NCBI GenBank assembly: GCA_905182215.1
Contig: CAJJAI010000001.1
Span: 1,081-65,080 of the forward strand
Length of the DNA: 64,000 bases
Reading direction: 5' to 3'
DNA from: Flavobacteriales bacterium UBA6772
GTDB lineage: Bacteria; Bacteroidota; Bacteroidia; Flavobacteriales; UBA7430
Made by a program: the position numbers and the translations under genes. Shown piece by piece: positions 18,447-27,884 of this stretch. Within the stretch, counting starts at the first letter, position 1. Each line of letters starts with the position of its first letter. The notes beneath the pieces are model-generated. The model made no database searches and was not told the origin of the DNA. It was given only the letters and a program-made list of their open reading frames with translations.

Positions 18447-21269
18447 TTAATGGGCCTCTAGCCAGGTAGCTCCCTCACCAATGTCTACAGTAAGTGGCAC
18501 TCTCGATTCAAATACATTTTCCATCGCATCTTTAATAAGTATTTTTAGCTGTGGAACTTCTGTTTTTAGTGCATCAAATACCAATTCATCATGTACCTGT
18601 AAGATCATTTTCGACTGTAAGCATTGTGCTTCAATTTCAGCTTGCACTTTAATCATGGCTAACTTAATAACATCTGCTGCAGAACCCTGTACAGGAGCGT
18701 TAATTGCATTCCTTTCTGAATGGCCACGCACAACACCATTTTGTGAATTAATGTCTTTTAAGCGTCGCTTTCTATCCATAATGGTTTTTACATAACCATG
18801 TTCTCTAGCATAGGCAATATTACTGTCCATATACTCTTTGAGCTTAGGGTAGGTAGCAAAATAGCTCTTTATAATTTCGGCTGCTTCCTTCCGAGAAAGA
18901 CTAGATTGTTGACTCAAACCAAATGCAGAAACCCCATAGATAATACCAAAGTTTACTGTTTTCGCATTCGAACGCATTTCTCTTGTTACCTGCTCTAAAG
19001 GCACATTAAATACTTTGGAGGCTGTGGCAGCGTGAATATCTAACCCTTGTTGAAAGGCTTCCATCATTACTGGGTCACCACTCATTTCTGCAATTAATCG
19101 CAATTCTACTTGAGAATAATCTGCCGCTAACAATACATGGTTTTCATCTCTTGGAATAAAAGCCTTACGTACTTCTTTCCCTTTTTCTGTACGAATAGGA
19201 ATGTTCTGTAAGTTCGGGTTGTTAGAACTCAATCTACCAGTTGCAGCAACAGCTTGGTTAAAAGAGGTGTGTATGTGTTTTGTATTTGGATTGATAAGTG
19301 CAGGAAGAGCATCTACATAAGTAGATCTTAGTTTCTGCATAGATCGGAAATCCAAAATCTTCGCTATAATTTCGTGCTTGTCTTTAAGTTTTGAGAGTAC
19401 ATCTTCGGAAGTTGAATACTGTCCCGTTTTGGTCTTTTTAGCTTTATCGTCTAACTTAAGATGGTCGAATAATACTTCACCCATTTGTTTGGGCGATGCA
19501 ATATTAAACTCCATCCCAGCTAATTCGAAAATAGCTGTTTGTGTTTCTAAAACTGATGCTTCTAATTCCTTAGAAAAAATAGCCAATCCATCTGTATCTA
19601 AATTTATCCCTTCTCGCTCCATCTTAGCCAATACAGATACTAATGGCATTTCCATGGTGGTGAATAAATTCAGCAAATCTTGTTCTTTTAATTTAGGAGC
19701 AAAATTTTCTTTCAGTTGCCAGGTAATGTCTGCGTCTTCGCAGGCATAGTCTTTAACTTTAGTAGCGGCTAAGTCACGCATATTTAATTGTGATTTCCCT
19801 TTTCCTATAATGGCTTCTATTTTTACTGGAGAGTAGTTTAAGTAGGTCTCAGCCAATACATTCATATTATGCCTCATGTCTGCTTCTAAGAGATAATGAG
19901 CGATCATGGTATCGAAGAATTTACCTTTTAAAGTAATTCCATAGTTTGCTAATATGTGTAAATCGTATTTAATATTCTGGCCTACTTTTTCTATGCGCTC
20001 ATTTTCGAATAGAGGCTTAAAAATAGCTAGTATCTCATCTCTAGAATTTTCTTCACTACTCAATGGCACATAAAAAGCTTCTTTGGCTTTATAGCTAAAA
20101 GACATTCCTACAATTTCTGCTTGAATAGCATTTAGAGAAGTGGTTTCAGTGTCGAAAGCAAAGGATTTTAAAACACATAGTTTTTCAAAAAGCGACTTAC
20201 AGTCTTCTACAGTTTCCACCAATTTATAAGTAGGTTTAACCGTTTCTAAGGTGTCGTAAGACGAAGAAAACATTGAAGTTTGATTTTCTTCACCACCTCC
20301 AAATAAATCTATTTGTGCGGTATCAGCACCCTTTTTAGTGGGCTTTGTTTCACTGTTCGATTCTATAGACTTAGTCTCTGTAAGTTCTTTACCAAACCAG
20401 CGTTCTGCCAATCGTCTAAACTCTAAGTCCATGAAAAGCTCTTTTACAGCTTCTTTATTCATTGGAATACGTTGTAGTTTATCGGCATGGAATTCTACAG
20501 GAACGGCTAGGTTTATGGTTGCTAATTTTTTAGATAAAAAAGCGAGTTCTTTATTGGCTTCAACTTTTTCTCTTTGTTTTCCTTTTAGTTCGTGGGTATT
20601 CTCATACAAACCTTCCATACTATCGTAAAGTCCCAATAGTTTTTTTGCTGTTTTGTCTCCAACTCCAGGAATCCCAGGGATATTATCCGAGGCATCACCC
20701 ATCATTCCCAAATAATCGATTACCTGCTCTACGCGTTTAATCTCGAATTTCTTTAATACCTGAGGAATTCCCCAAATCTCTGCACCATTACCCATTCTTG
20801 GCGGCTTATACATATAGATATTATCGGAAACTAACTGAGCAAAATCCTTGTCAGGAGTCATCATATAAGTTGTGAATCCATCCTTTTCAGCTTTTTTTGC
20901 TAGTGTTCCTATTACATCATCTGCTTCAAAACCAGGTTTGGCAATAACAGGGATGTTTAAGGCTTCCATGAGTTTAAAGATATGGGGTAGCGCAGTAGAA
21001 ATCCCTTCTGGCATCGCCTCGCGTTGTGCTTTATATTCTTTATATTCTATATGTCTTTCGGTAGGTTCGGAGGTGTCGAAACAAATAGCCCAGTGGGTAG
21101 GTTGTTCTTTCATTTGAACATCCATTAAAGTGTTTACCAATCCTAAAACAGCAGAGGTATCTTGGCCTTTAGAGTTTATTCTTGGGTTTTTTGCGAATGC
21201 AAAATAGGCTCTGTATATCAATGCAAAAGCATCAAATAAAAATAGTTTCTTCTCTGTTGGTTCTGTCAT
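18447..21269 (-). CDS. polA: DNA polymerase I
   Basis: 5'-3' exonuclease (EADDVIGT, GDASDNIPG), DTETT, TGRLSSNNPNLQNIP, ADYSQVELR, KTVNFGIIYG, QVHDEL. Confidence 0.98.
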   Translation of the reverse strand: MTEPTEKKLFLFDAFALIYRAYFAFAKNPRINSKGQDTSAVLGLVNTLMDVQMKEQPTHWAICFDTSEPTERHIEYKEYKAQREAMPEGISTALPHIFKLMEALNIPVIAKPGFEADDVIGTLAKKAEKDGFTTYMMTPDKDFAQLVSDNIYMYKPPRMGNGAEIWGIPQVLKKFEIKRVEQVIDYLGMMGDASDNIPGIPGVGDKTAKKLLGLYDSMEGLYENTHELKGKQREKVEANKELAFLSKKLATINLAVPVEFHADKLQRIPMNKEAVKELFMDLEFRRLAERWFGKELTETKSIESNSETKPTKKGADTAQIDLFGGGEENQTSMFSSSYDTLETVKPTYKLVETVEDCKSLFEKLCVLKSFAFDTETTSLNAIQAEIVGMSFSYKAKEAFYVPLSSEENSRDEILAIFKPLFENERIEKVGQNIKYDLHILANYGITLKGKFFDTMIAHYLLEADMRHNMNVLAETYLNYSPVKIEAIIGKGKSQLNMRDLAATKVKDYACEDADITWQLKENFAPKLKEQDLLNLFTTMEMPLVSVLAKMEREGINLDTDGLAIFSKELEASVLETQTAIFELAGMEFNIASPKQMGEVLFDHLKLDDKAKKTKTGQYSTSEDVLSKLKDKHEIIAKILDFRSMQKLRSTYVDALPALINPNTKHIHTSFNQAVAATGRLSSNNPNLQNIPIRTEKGKEVRKAFIPRDENHVLLAADYSQVELRLIAEMSGDPVMMEAFQQGLDIHAATASKVFNVPLEQVTREMRSNAKTVNFGIIYGVSAFGLSQQSSLSRKEAAEIIKSYFATYPKLKEYMDSNIAYAREHGYVKTIMDRKRRLKDINSQNGVVRGHSERNAINAPVQGSAADVIKLAMIKVQAEIEAQCLQSKMILQVHDELVFDALKTEVPQLKILIKDAMENVFESRVPLTVDIGEGATWLEAH

Positions 21270-21329
21270 AATGGAATATTGAAGCAGGAACTAATTTAGT
21301 AAAATAATACATGAAAATAGTCAGTTTGC

Positions 21330-21370
21330 AATTTTCAAATCAACCAATCTTCAAATTCTCAAATCATCTT
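21330..21370 (-). repeat. 8-bp periodic RATTTGAA mini-array
   Basis: Reverse strand gatttgag|aatttgaa|gattggtt|gatttgaa|aatt; sister arrays at 22435, 40841, 52621. Confidence 0.6.
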
Positions 21371-21371
21371 C

Positions 21372-22346
21372 CTATTCGTTGTAAACAACATGAAGTACAG
21401 TTTGACCAACTGCTTTTAATGTATTTTTATCTATGTTCTCTAACTTATCTTCGTGTGTGTGCCAGTGCTCGTAAAAGTGACTTTCTGTTGCGGGGTTGTA
21501 TTCAATAATGTCGATGGTAGGAACTCTTCCTGGCGCTAAATTATTGATGTACAGATGATCGTCTATAATAAGGTTGGTTTTTTGAAACTTGAAGGTATTC
21601 CCATAGCCTAGTTTAGCGGCTGTATTCCATACTTTTTTTACTACTTGAGGCGCAAAGGTTATTGAGGCTAACTCTTGTGTAAACACGGCGTTTTTCCCAC
21701 CTACCATATCTAATAAAATTCCATACTTAGCGAAGTAATTCGATTTGTGTAAATGAGTAGCCCAATATTGAGAGCCTAAGCAATAGGAATGTTCCATACG
21801 TGGGTACTCACTATCATTTGGCTGTCCGTAGTCTTCAGAATCGAACAAGATAATATCTACTCCAATATCTGGTTTGTTTAGTGAAAACTGTCTCGCTATT
21901 TCTAATAAAACTCCTACTCCAGAACCACCATCGTTTGCACCATCAATTGCTACGTTTTTATTCTCGGTATCTTGGTCTGCAAAAGGCCTAGTATCCCAGT
22001 GCGCACAAAGCATGACTCTTTTTGCTCGTAGAGGTTTAAAGGATGCTATGATGTTTTTAGAATTCAAAACATTCCCATCGAAAGCGGTAAGTTGTGCTTC
22101 TTGTACTATTACAGTGTCGCAGTAAGAATTGAGTTTTTCAATAAGGTAATTAGCACAAGCTATATGTCCAGGAGTATTTGGTACCCTCGGGCCAAAAGCA
22201 ACTTGATCAGCTATAAATTTAAAGGCCGAATCTGCATTAAAGGAAGGTACCTCTATTTTTATTTCAACGTTTTTCTTTCTTTTTGGAGCTTCATTTGAGC
22301 AACTTAATAGAAGACAACCTACTAATAGAATGAATATGTTTCTCAT
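21372..22346 (-). CDS. M28 family lipoprotein, probable glutaminyl-peptide cyclotransferase
   Basis: Lipobox LLSC; QVAFGPRVPN, AHWDTRP, GANDGGSG, DSEDYG, LLDMVG, DDH, WHT. Confidence 0.85.
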   Translation of the reverse strand: MRNIFILLVGCLLLSCSNEAPKRKKNVEIKIEVPSFNADSAFKFIADQVAFGPRVPNTPGHIACANYLIEKLNSYCDTVIVQEAQLTAFDGNVLNSKNIIASFKPLRAKRVMLCAHWDTRPFADQDTENKNVAIDGANDGGSGVGVLLEIARQFSLNKPDIGVDIILFDSEDYGQPNDSEYPRMEHSYCLGSQYWATHLHKSNYFAKYGILLDMVGGKNAVFTQELASITFAPQVVKKVWNTAAKLGYGNTFKFQKTNLIIDDHLYINNLAPGRVPTIDIIEYNPATESHFYEHWHTHEDKLENIDKNTLKAVGQTVLHVVYNE

Positions 22347-22434
22347 TGTTTCTCTTTTGTTTTTCACCACCCAGGAGTAATCCTAAAAAGCATTTCTCTA
22401 TTAGTAAATAGTACTTTCCGTATTAAAAATTAGT

Positions 22435-22463
22435 AATTTTCAAATCATCAAATTTTCAAATCA
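22435..22463 (-). repeat. 8-bp periodic RATTTGAA mini-array
   Basis: Reverse strand gatttgaa|aatttgat|gatttgaa|aatt downstream of cysS. Confidence 0.55.
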
Positions 22464-22480
22464 CTTTCTACGATTCTTAG

Positions 22481-23944
22481 TTACTCTTTCTCCCAGCTAG
22501 CACCGTCTTTAGAATCCTTAACGGTAATATTAAGTTTGCCTAATTCGTCTCTAATGAAATCTGCTGTAGTCCAGTCTTTATTTTCTTTGGCGATTTTTCT
22601 CAATCCTAATACTACGTCCATTACATCATCGGCAAGTCCGTCTTGAGCTTCAGCAGCCACTTTTTTCAATCCTAAAATATCAAAACAGAAGTCGTTCATC
22701 AATTTAGTTAAGGCTTCTTTTGATGCTTTATCTATACTTCCTTTTCCTGCAGCAATCGAGTTGATTTGTTTAACGGCATCAAACAAATGTGCCACTAAAA
22801 TAGGGGTGTTAAAATCATCGTTTATTGCACTGTAGAACTTGGTTTTGAATTCTTCTACGTTTACAGTTGAACTTTCTGAAACCGCTAATCCTTCTAGGGT
22901 AACTAATGCAGCCATTAATTTATTCATTCCTTTTTCTGCAGCTAATAAAGCTTCGTTAGAAAAATCTACTGTTGAGCGATAGTGTGCTTGTAGAATAAAG
23001 AAACGAATAGTCATTGGGTTATAAGCTTGTTCTAGCTTATCGTGGCTACCACTAAAAAACTCACTTAGTGTGATGAAGTTTCCTAGAGACTTCCCCATTT
23101 TCTGACCATTAATAGTAATCATATTATTGTGCATCCAATAGTTCACTGCTTCGTGACCATCACTGGCGCAAGATTGAGCAATTTCTGCTTCGTGGTGTGG
23201 GAATACTAAATCTAATCCACCACCGTGAATATCAAATCTAGCTCCTAAGTATTTTGTACTCATCGCCGAACATTCTAGGTGCCATCCTGGAAATCCTTCC
23301 GACCATGGAGAAGGCCATCTCATAATATGTTCAGGAGAAGCTTTTTTCCAAAGTGCAAAATCCACCGAATTTTTCTTGTCCGACTGTCCGTCTAAATCAC
23401 GAGTATTCGAAATCATATCGTCTATATTTCTACCCGATAATTTCCCGTATTCGTGTGTTGCATTGTATTTAACTACATCAAAATAAACGTTTCCATCTAC
23501 TATGTATGCATAGCCATTGGCAAGGATTTTCTCTATCATCTGAATTTGTTCGATGATGTGTCCTGTTGCGGTAGGTTCTATACTTGGAGGTAGGGTATTT
23601 AGCATCGCCATATCTTTGTGGTATGAGCGTGTATAATACGCCACCACTTCCATAGGTTCTAACTGATCTAAACGAGCCTTTTTTGCAATTTTATCTTCCC
23701 CTTCATCTGCATCATTTACTAAATGACCAACGTCGGTAATATTTCTAACATAACGCGTTTTATAACCCATATGCAGCATGTATCTAAATACCACATCAAA
23801 AGTAACCCCTGGTCTAGCATGGCCTAAATGTGCATCTCCATAAACGGTAGGTCCACAAACATACATTCCTACTTTACCTTCGGTAAGAGGTTTAAAAACT
23901 TCTTTTTTTCTAGAAAGGGTATTGTATAGATTTAAATCTTGCAT
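22481..23944 (-). CDS. cysS: Cysteine--tRNA ligase
   Basis: [40 protein letters not shown]. Confidence 0.98.
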   Translation of the reverse strand: MQDLNLYNTLSRKKEVFKPLTEGKVGMYVCGPTVYGDAHLGHARPGVTFDVVFRYMLHMGYKTRYVRNITDVGHLVNDADEGEDKIAKKARLDQLEPMEVVAYYTRSYHKDMAMLNTLPPSIEPTATGHIIEQIQMIEKILANGYAYIVDGNVYFDVVKYNATHEYGKLSGRNIDDMISNTRDLDGQSDKKNSVDFALWKKASPEHIMRWPSPWSEGFPGWHLECSAMSTKYLGARFDIHGGGLDLVFPHHEAEIAQSCASDGHEAVNYWMHNNMITINGQKMGKSLGNFITLSEFFSGSHDKLEQAYNPMTIRFFILQAHYRSTVDFSNEALLAAEKGMNKLMAALVTLEGLAVSESSTVNVEEFKTKFYSAINDDFNTPILVAHLFDAVKQINSIAAGKGSIDKASKEALTKLMNDFCFDILGLKKVAAEAQDGLADDVMDVVLGLRKIAKENKDWTTADFIRDELGKLNITVKDSKDGASWEKE

Positions 23945-23956
23945 GGTGTAGAGGGT

Positions 23957-24910
23957 TTATTTGTATTGTTTTTTTAGATTTTGCATCATGTCTTCAACCA
24001 TAGTAGCTAGGTCGTATTCATGTTTCCAATCCCAGTGTTCTCTTGCGAGATTATCGTTTATCGACTGAGGCCAGCTGTCTGCAATAGCCTGTCTTTCGTC
24101 TGACTTATAAGTCATTTCAAAATGTGGGATGTGCTTTTTTACTTCAGCAGCAATTTCTTCGGGACTAAAGCTTGTTCCAGCAACATTATACGAAGAGCGG
24201 ATTTTAATTTTCTCTGCTGGTGCTTCCATCAACTCTAGTGTTGCACGGATAGCATCTGGCATATACATCATCGGTAGCGTAGTCTTTTCAGAAAGGAAAG
24301 ATTCGTATTTACCGCTTTTTAATGCCTCGTGGAATATGTGAACTGCATAATCTGTAGTTCCTCCACCGGGTTGTGCTTTCCAGCTTATTAATCCCGGGTA
24401 GCGAATACTACGAACATCTATCCCAAATTTTTGATTGTAATATTCACACCATCTTTCGCCTGCTTGTTTAGAAATACCGTAAACCGTATTAGGCTCCATA
24501 ACGGTATATTGTGGGGTGTTTATACTTGGAGTTGAAGGTCCAAAAACAGCTATAGAGCTTGGCCAATAAACTTTCTTGATTTTCCCAACACGTGCTAAAT
24601 CTAGTACGTGAGAAAGAGAGCGCATGTTTAAATTCCAACCTAACTCAATATTTTTTTCTGCCGTAGCCGATAAAAGAGCCGCCAACAAATAAATTTGAGT
24701 AACCTTATGCTTGTCTACAATTTCGTGTAAACGCGCTTCATCCATAATGTCGAGTTGCTCGAAAGGGCCAGTCTCCATTACTTCTGGAGCGGCCGATTTA
24801 ATATCGGAAGCTACTACATGAGCATCGCCATATATGGCTCTTAAATTCATGGTTAAATCAGTTCCTATTTGGCCTGAAGCTCCAATTATGAGGACGGTAT
24901 CTTTGTTCAT
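23957..24910 (-). CDS. SDR-type L-threonine 3-dehydrogenase (NAD-dependent epimerase family)
   Basis: GASGQIG, AALLSATAE, PSSIAVFG, YGISK, PGGGTTDYAV, RQAIADSWP. Confidence 0.85.
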   Translation of the reverse strand: MNKDTVLIIGASGQIGTDLTMNLRAIYGDAHVVASDIKSAAPEVMETGPFEQLDIMDEARLHEIVDKHKVTQIYLLAALLSATAEKNIELGWNLNMRSLSHVLDLARVGKIKKVYWPSSIAVFGPSTPSINTPQYTVMEPNTVYGISKQAGERWCEYYNQKFGIDVRSIRYPGLISWKAQPGGGTTDYAVHIFHEALKSGKYESFLSEKTTLPMMYMPDAIRATLELMEAPAEKIKIRSSYNVAGTSFSPEEIAAEVKKHIPHFEMTYKSDERQAIADSWPQSINDNLAREHWDWKHEYDLATMVEDMMQNLKKQYK

Positions 24911-24941
24911 CTACGTAAGTCTATCTGAAATATTGAAGAGT

Positions 24942-24949
24942 CAAATATA
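24942..24949 (-). promoter_or_regulatory. -7 element TATATTTG for threonine dehydrogenase-cysS
   Basis: TAnnTTTG 31 bp upstream of the ATG. Confidence 0.55.
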
Positions 24950-25117
24950 CGATTTTGATACACAGAATTAGAAGCTCTTTGCGAAATTTAATTCATGGGT
25001 ATTCTGGTTTCAAAATTCCTATTGTCGCTCAATATTTCTTCGATTCTATTTTTCTATTCTAACTTTGATTCCTATTTTTGATTCTCTTCAAAAGGATAAA
25101 TAAAAACAAAGCTAATT

Positions 25118-26833
25118 ATCAGTCAAGAACTATTACATATTTCTAATTTATCGCTTTCTTTTGGCGAAGGAGCTCAGCGTACACAGGTTTTACATTCTGT
25201 AGATTTACGCCTTAAAAAAGAAGAATTATTGGCTCTTGTAGGAGAGTCTGGTTCTGGAAAGTCGGTTACGAGCTTAACGGCTATGCAGCTGATTCCGAAT
25301 TTGGCTACTTCTCTAGACAGTGGAGAAATTTGGTATTATAAAGACGGTGAAAAAATAGCTTTACACCATTTAAGTGAGCAGCAGATGCAAGCTTTTAGGT
25401 CTAAGGAAATAGCTATGATTTTCCAAGAACCTATGACGGCTTTAAATCCTTCTATGACTTGTGGTAATCAAATTTTTGAGGTTATAAATCAGCATTTAAA
25501 TTTATCTAAAAAAGCAGCTAAAAAAAGATGTTTTGACTTATTTGAGACTGTGGAATTACCAGATCCTGAACGGATTTATTCTGCCTATCCACATCAATTA
25601 TCTGGAGGGCAGAAACAACGTGTGATGATTGCTATGGCTTTGTCTTGTGAGCCTAAAATACTTATTGCCGATGAGCCAACTACTGCTTTAGATGTTACGG
25701 TACAAAAGGAAGTTTTAGCACTGATTAAAAGGCTTCAGAAAAAACATGAAATGGCTTGTTTGTTTATTAGCCACGATTTAGAATTGGTAAGAGAAGTAGC
25801 CGATACTATTGCAGTTATGCAAAACGGTGTTATTGTGGAGTATAAATCCACTAAAGAACTTTTCGAAAACCCTACACATCCTTACACCAAAGCATTGTTG
25901 GCCTGTAGACCAAATTTGAATAAAAACTTAAAGTCTCTAGCTACAGTAAGTGATTTCTTAGAGAATCCAAATTTCGATATAAACAGGTTCTATCAAGAGA
26001 ATACTTTGCAGCCCGAGGAAGTTCAAATTCACAGAAATTCGCTCTACCGTAAACAGCCAATTTTAGAGATTAAACAATTAACTAAAGAGTATAGCACTAA
26101 TAATTTCTTTGGAAAAGGGACTGTAATACCTGCTTTAGATACTATAAGCTTGGATTTGTTTAAGGGTGAGAGTTTGGGTGTAGTAGGAGAGTCTGGTTGC
26201 GGGAAAAGCACCTTGAGTAAATGTATTGTGCAGTTGGAGAAACAGACTGTAGGGGATATTCTGTTTTCTGGTGTTTCAATACAGGAGTTGCTTAGGCAAG
26301 ATTCGTTGAGCTATAGAAAATCTATTCAAATGATTTTTCAAGATCCTGCCAGTGCCCTAAATCCAAAAATGAAAATTGGAGCTACTTTAATGGAGGTGAT
26401 GAAGGTGCATGGAATTGGTGAATCTTCGACTGAGAGACAACAAAAAGCTGAACAATTACTTTGTAAAGTAGGCTTGTTAGCTGAGCATTTTAATAGATAT
26501 CCACATGAGTTTTCTGGAGGGCAAAAGCAACGTATTGGAATTGCAAGAGCTTTGGCTTTGGAACCTAAAATAATTATTTGCGATGAGTCGGTCTCTGCTC
26601 TAGATGTTTCTGTACAAGCCCAAGTTTTGAATTTATTAAACGAATTAAAAGATTCTTTTGGGCTTACATATATTTTCATTTCTCACGACTTGAGTGTCGT
26701 AAAACATTTTTGTGATCGTATCATCGTCTTAAATAATGGGAAAATTGAGGAGGAAGGGTTTCCTGAAGAATTGTTTGAAAATCCTCAATCAGATTATACT
26801 AGAAAATTGATTGAAGCGATACCGGGAAATTAA
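25118..26833 (+). CDS. Dual-domain ABC ATPase (oligopeptide/nickel family)
   Basis: Two NBDs (GESGSGKS and GESGCGKS; LSGGQKQR and FSGGQKQR). The conserved N-terminus continues in frame upstream of TTG 25229 to ATT/ATC at 25115/25118; start uncertain. Confidence 0.85.
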   Translation: MSQELLHISNLSLSFGEGAQRTQVLHSVDLRLKKEELLALVGESGSGKSVTSLTAMQLIPNLATSLDSGEIWYYKDGEKIALHHLSEQQMQAFRSKEIAMIFQEPMTALNPSMTCGNQIFEVINQHLNLSKKAAKKRCFDLFETVELPDPERIYSAYPHQLSGGQKQRVMIAMALSCEPKILIADEPTTALDVTVQKEVLALIKRLQKKHEMACLFISHDLELVREVADTIAVMQNGVIVEYKSTKELFENPTHPYTKALLACRPNLNKNLKSLATVSDFLENPNFDINRFYQENTLQPEEVQIHRNSLYRKQPILEIKQLTKEYSTNNFFGKGTVIPALDTISLDLFKGESLGVVGESGCGKSTLSKCIVQLEKQTVGDILFSGVSIQELLRQDSLSYRKSIQMIFQDPASALNPKMKIGATLMEVMKVHGIGESSTERQQKAEQLLCKVGLLAEHFNRYPHEFSGGQKQRIGIARALALEPKIIICDESVSALDVSVQAQVLNLLNELKDSFGLTYIFISHDLSVVKHFCDRIIVLNNGKIEEEGFPEELFENPQSDYTRKLIEAIPGN

Positions 26834-26859
26834 TAATGACCAATTAATCATTATTAATT
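26828..26859. terminator. AT-rich hairpin between convergent genes
   Basis: aattaataatga-ccaattaa-tcattattaatt, 12-bp perfect inverted repeat. Confidence 0.45.
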
Positions 26860-26871
26860 AAACATTATCTT

Positions 26872-27468
26872 CTACTCTATCTCTTTCATCACTCGTTTCT
26901 GAAATAAAACCATAATACCAACTCCCACAGAAATAGCGGCATCGGCTATGTTAAAAACAGGTCTGAAGAAAACTACATAATCGCCTCCCCAAAAAGGAAT
27001 CCATTCTGGTAAATAACCTTTAAACATCGGGAAGTAGAACATGTCTACTACTTTACCAAAAAATAGAGGTGCATAACCCCCAGATTCTGGTAGTATTTTA
27101 GCAATCTGATGGTAGCTATCGTTAAAGAGGATTCCGTAAAAAGCGCCGTCTAGTATATTTCCAATCGCACCAGCGAGGACTAATGAAAGGCAGGTAATTA
27201 AAATTTTATCTGCCTTTTTTTGTGCTAATTTATATAGGTAGGATGCAATGAGTCCAACAAAGACAATTCTGAATAAACTAAGAGTTAATTTACCCCAATC
27301 TCCACCGAATTCCATCCCAAAGGCCATTCCATTATTTTCAGTGAAATGAATATAAAACCAGTCAAGAATCTGGTGTTCTTGCCCTAAAAACATATGGGTT
27401 TTAACCCATATTTTTAAAGCTTGATCTAGGAATAAAGTGATCAGGATAATCCAAATCGGTCTTTTCAA
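26872..27468 (-). CDS. lspA: Lipoprotein signal peptidase
   Basis: DQALKIWV, ENNGMAFG, GAIGNILD, VVDM, PVFNIAD. Confidence 0.95.
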   Translation of the reverse strand: MKRPIWIILITLFLDQALKIWVKTHMFLGQEHQILDWFYIHFTENNGMAFGMEFGGDWGKLTLSLFRIVFVGLIASYLYKLAQKKADKILITCLSLVLAGAIGNILDGAFYGILFNDSYHQIAKILPESGGYAPLFFGKVVDMFYFPMFKGYLPEWIPFWGGDYVVFFRPVFNIADAAISVGVGIMVLFQKRVMKEIE

Positions 27469-27472
27469 AAGC

Positions 27473-27856
27473 TTATTTGTTTTGCATGTTTTTAGCCTCG
27501 ATACTTAGGGTAGCATGGGGAACTAATTTTAAACGTTCTTTTTGAATCAATTTCCCCGTAACTCTACAAATACCGTATGTTTTATTTTCTATACGGATTA
27601 ATGCATTTTTTAAGTCACGGATAAACTTATCTTGGCGTTGTGCTAGAATAGAGTTTGACTCTTTAGAAAGTGTTTCCGAGCCTTCTTCGAATGCTTTAAA
27701 AGAGGAGTACGTATCATTAGTACCATTACCGCTTCCTTGAGTAACAGAGTCTCTAAGTCTCGTTAGATCTTTATTTGCGGATTCTATTTTCTCTTGAATT
27801 AGAGTTTTAAATTCTGCTAAGTCACTGTCTGAATATCTTTTGCTGATTTCTACCAT
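27473..27856 (-). CDS. TraR/DksA family transcription factor (Bacteroidota type)
   Basis: RYSDSDL.EFK, ALIRIENKTYGICRVTGKLI.KERL..VPHATLS; sits in the ileS-dksA-lspA order. Confidence 0.9.
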   Translation of the reverse strand: MVEISKRYSDSDLAEFKTLIQEKIESANKDLTRLRDSVTQGSGNGTNDTYSSFKAFEEGSETLSKESNSILAQRQDKFIRDLKNALIRIENKTYGICRVTGKLIQKERLKLVPHATLSIEAKNMQNK

Positions 27857-27884
27857 AACGCTATATATTTGAGGTATTACTATC

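Noticed and set aside
27473-27856. DksA-like protein with only one zinc-finger cysteine
   Set aside because: Usual Bacteroidota form in the ileS-dksA-lspA context.
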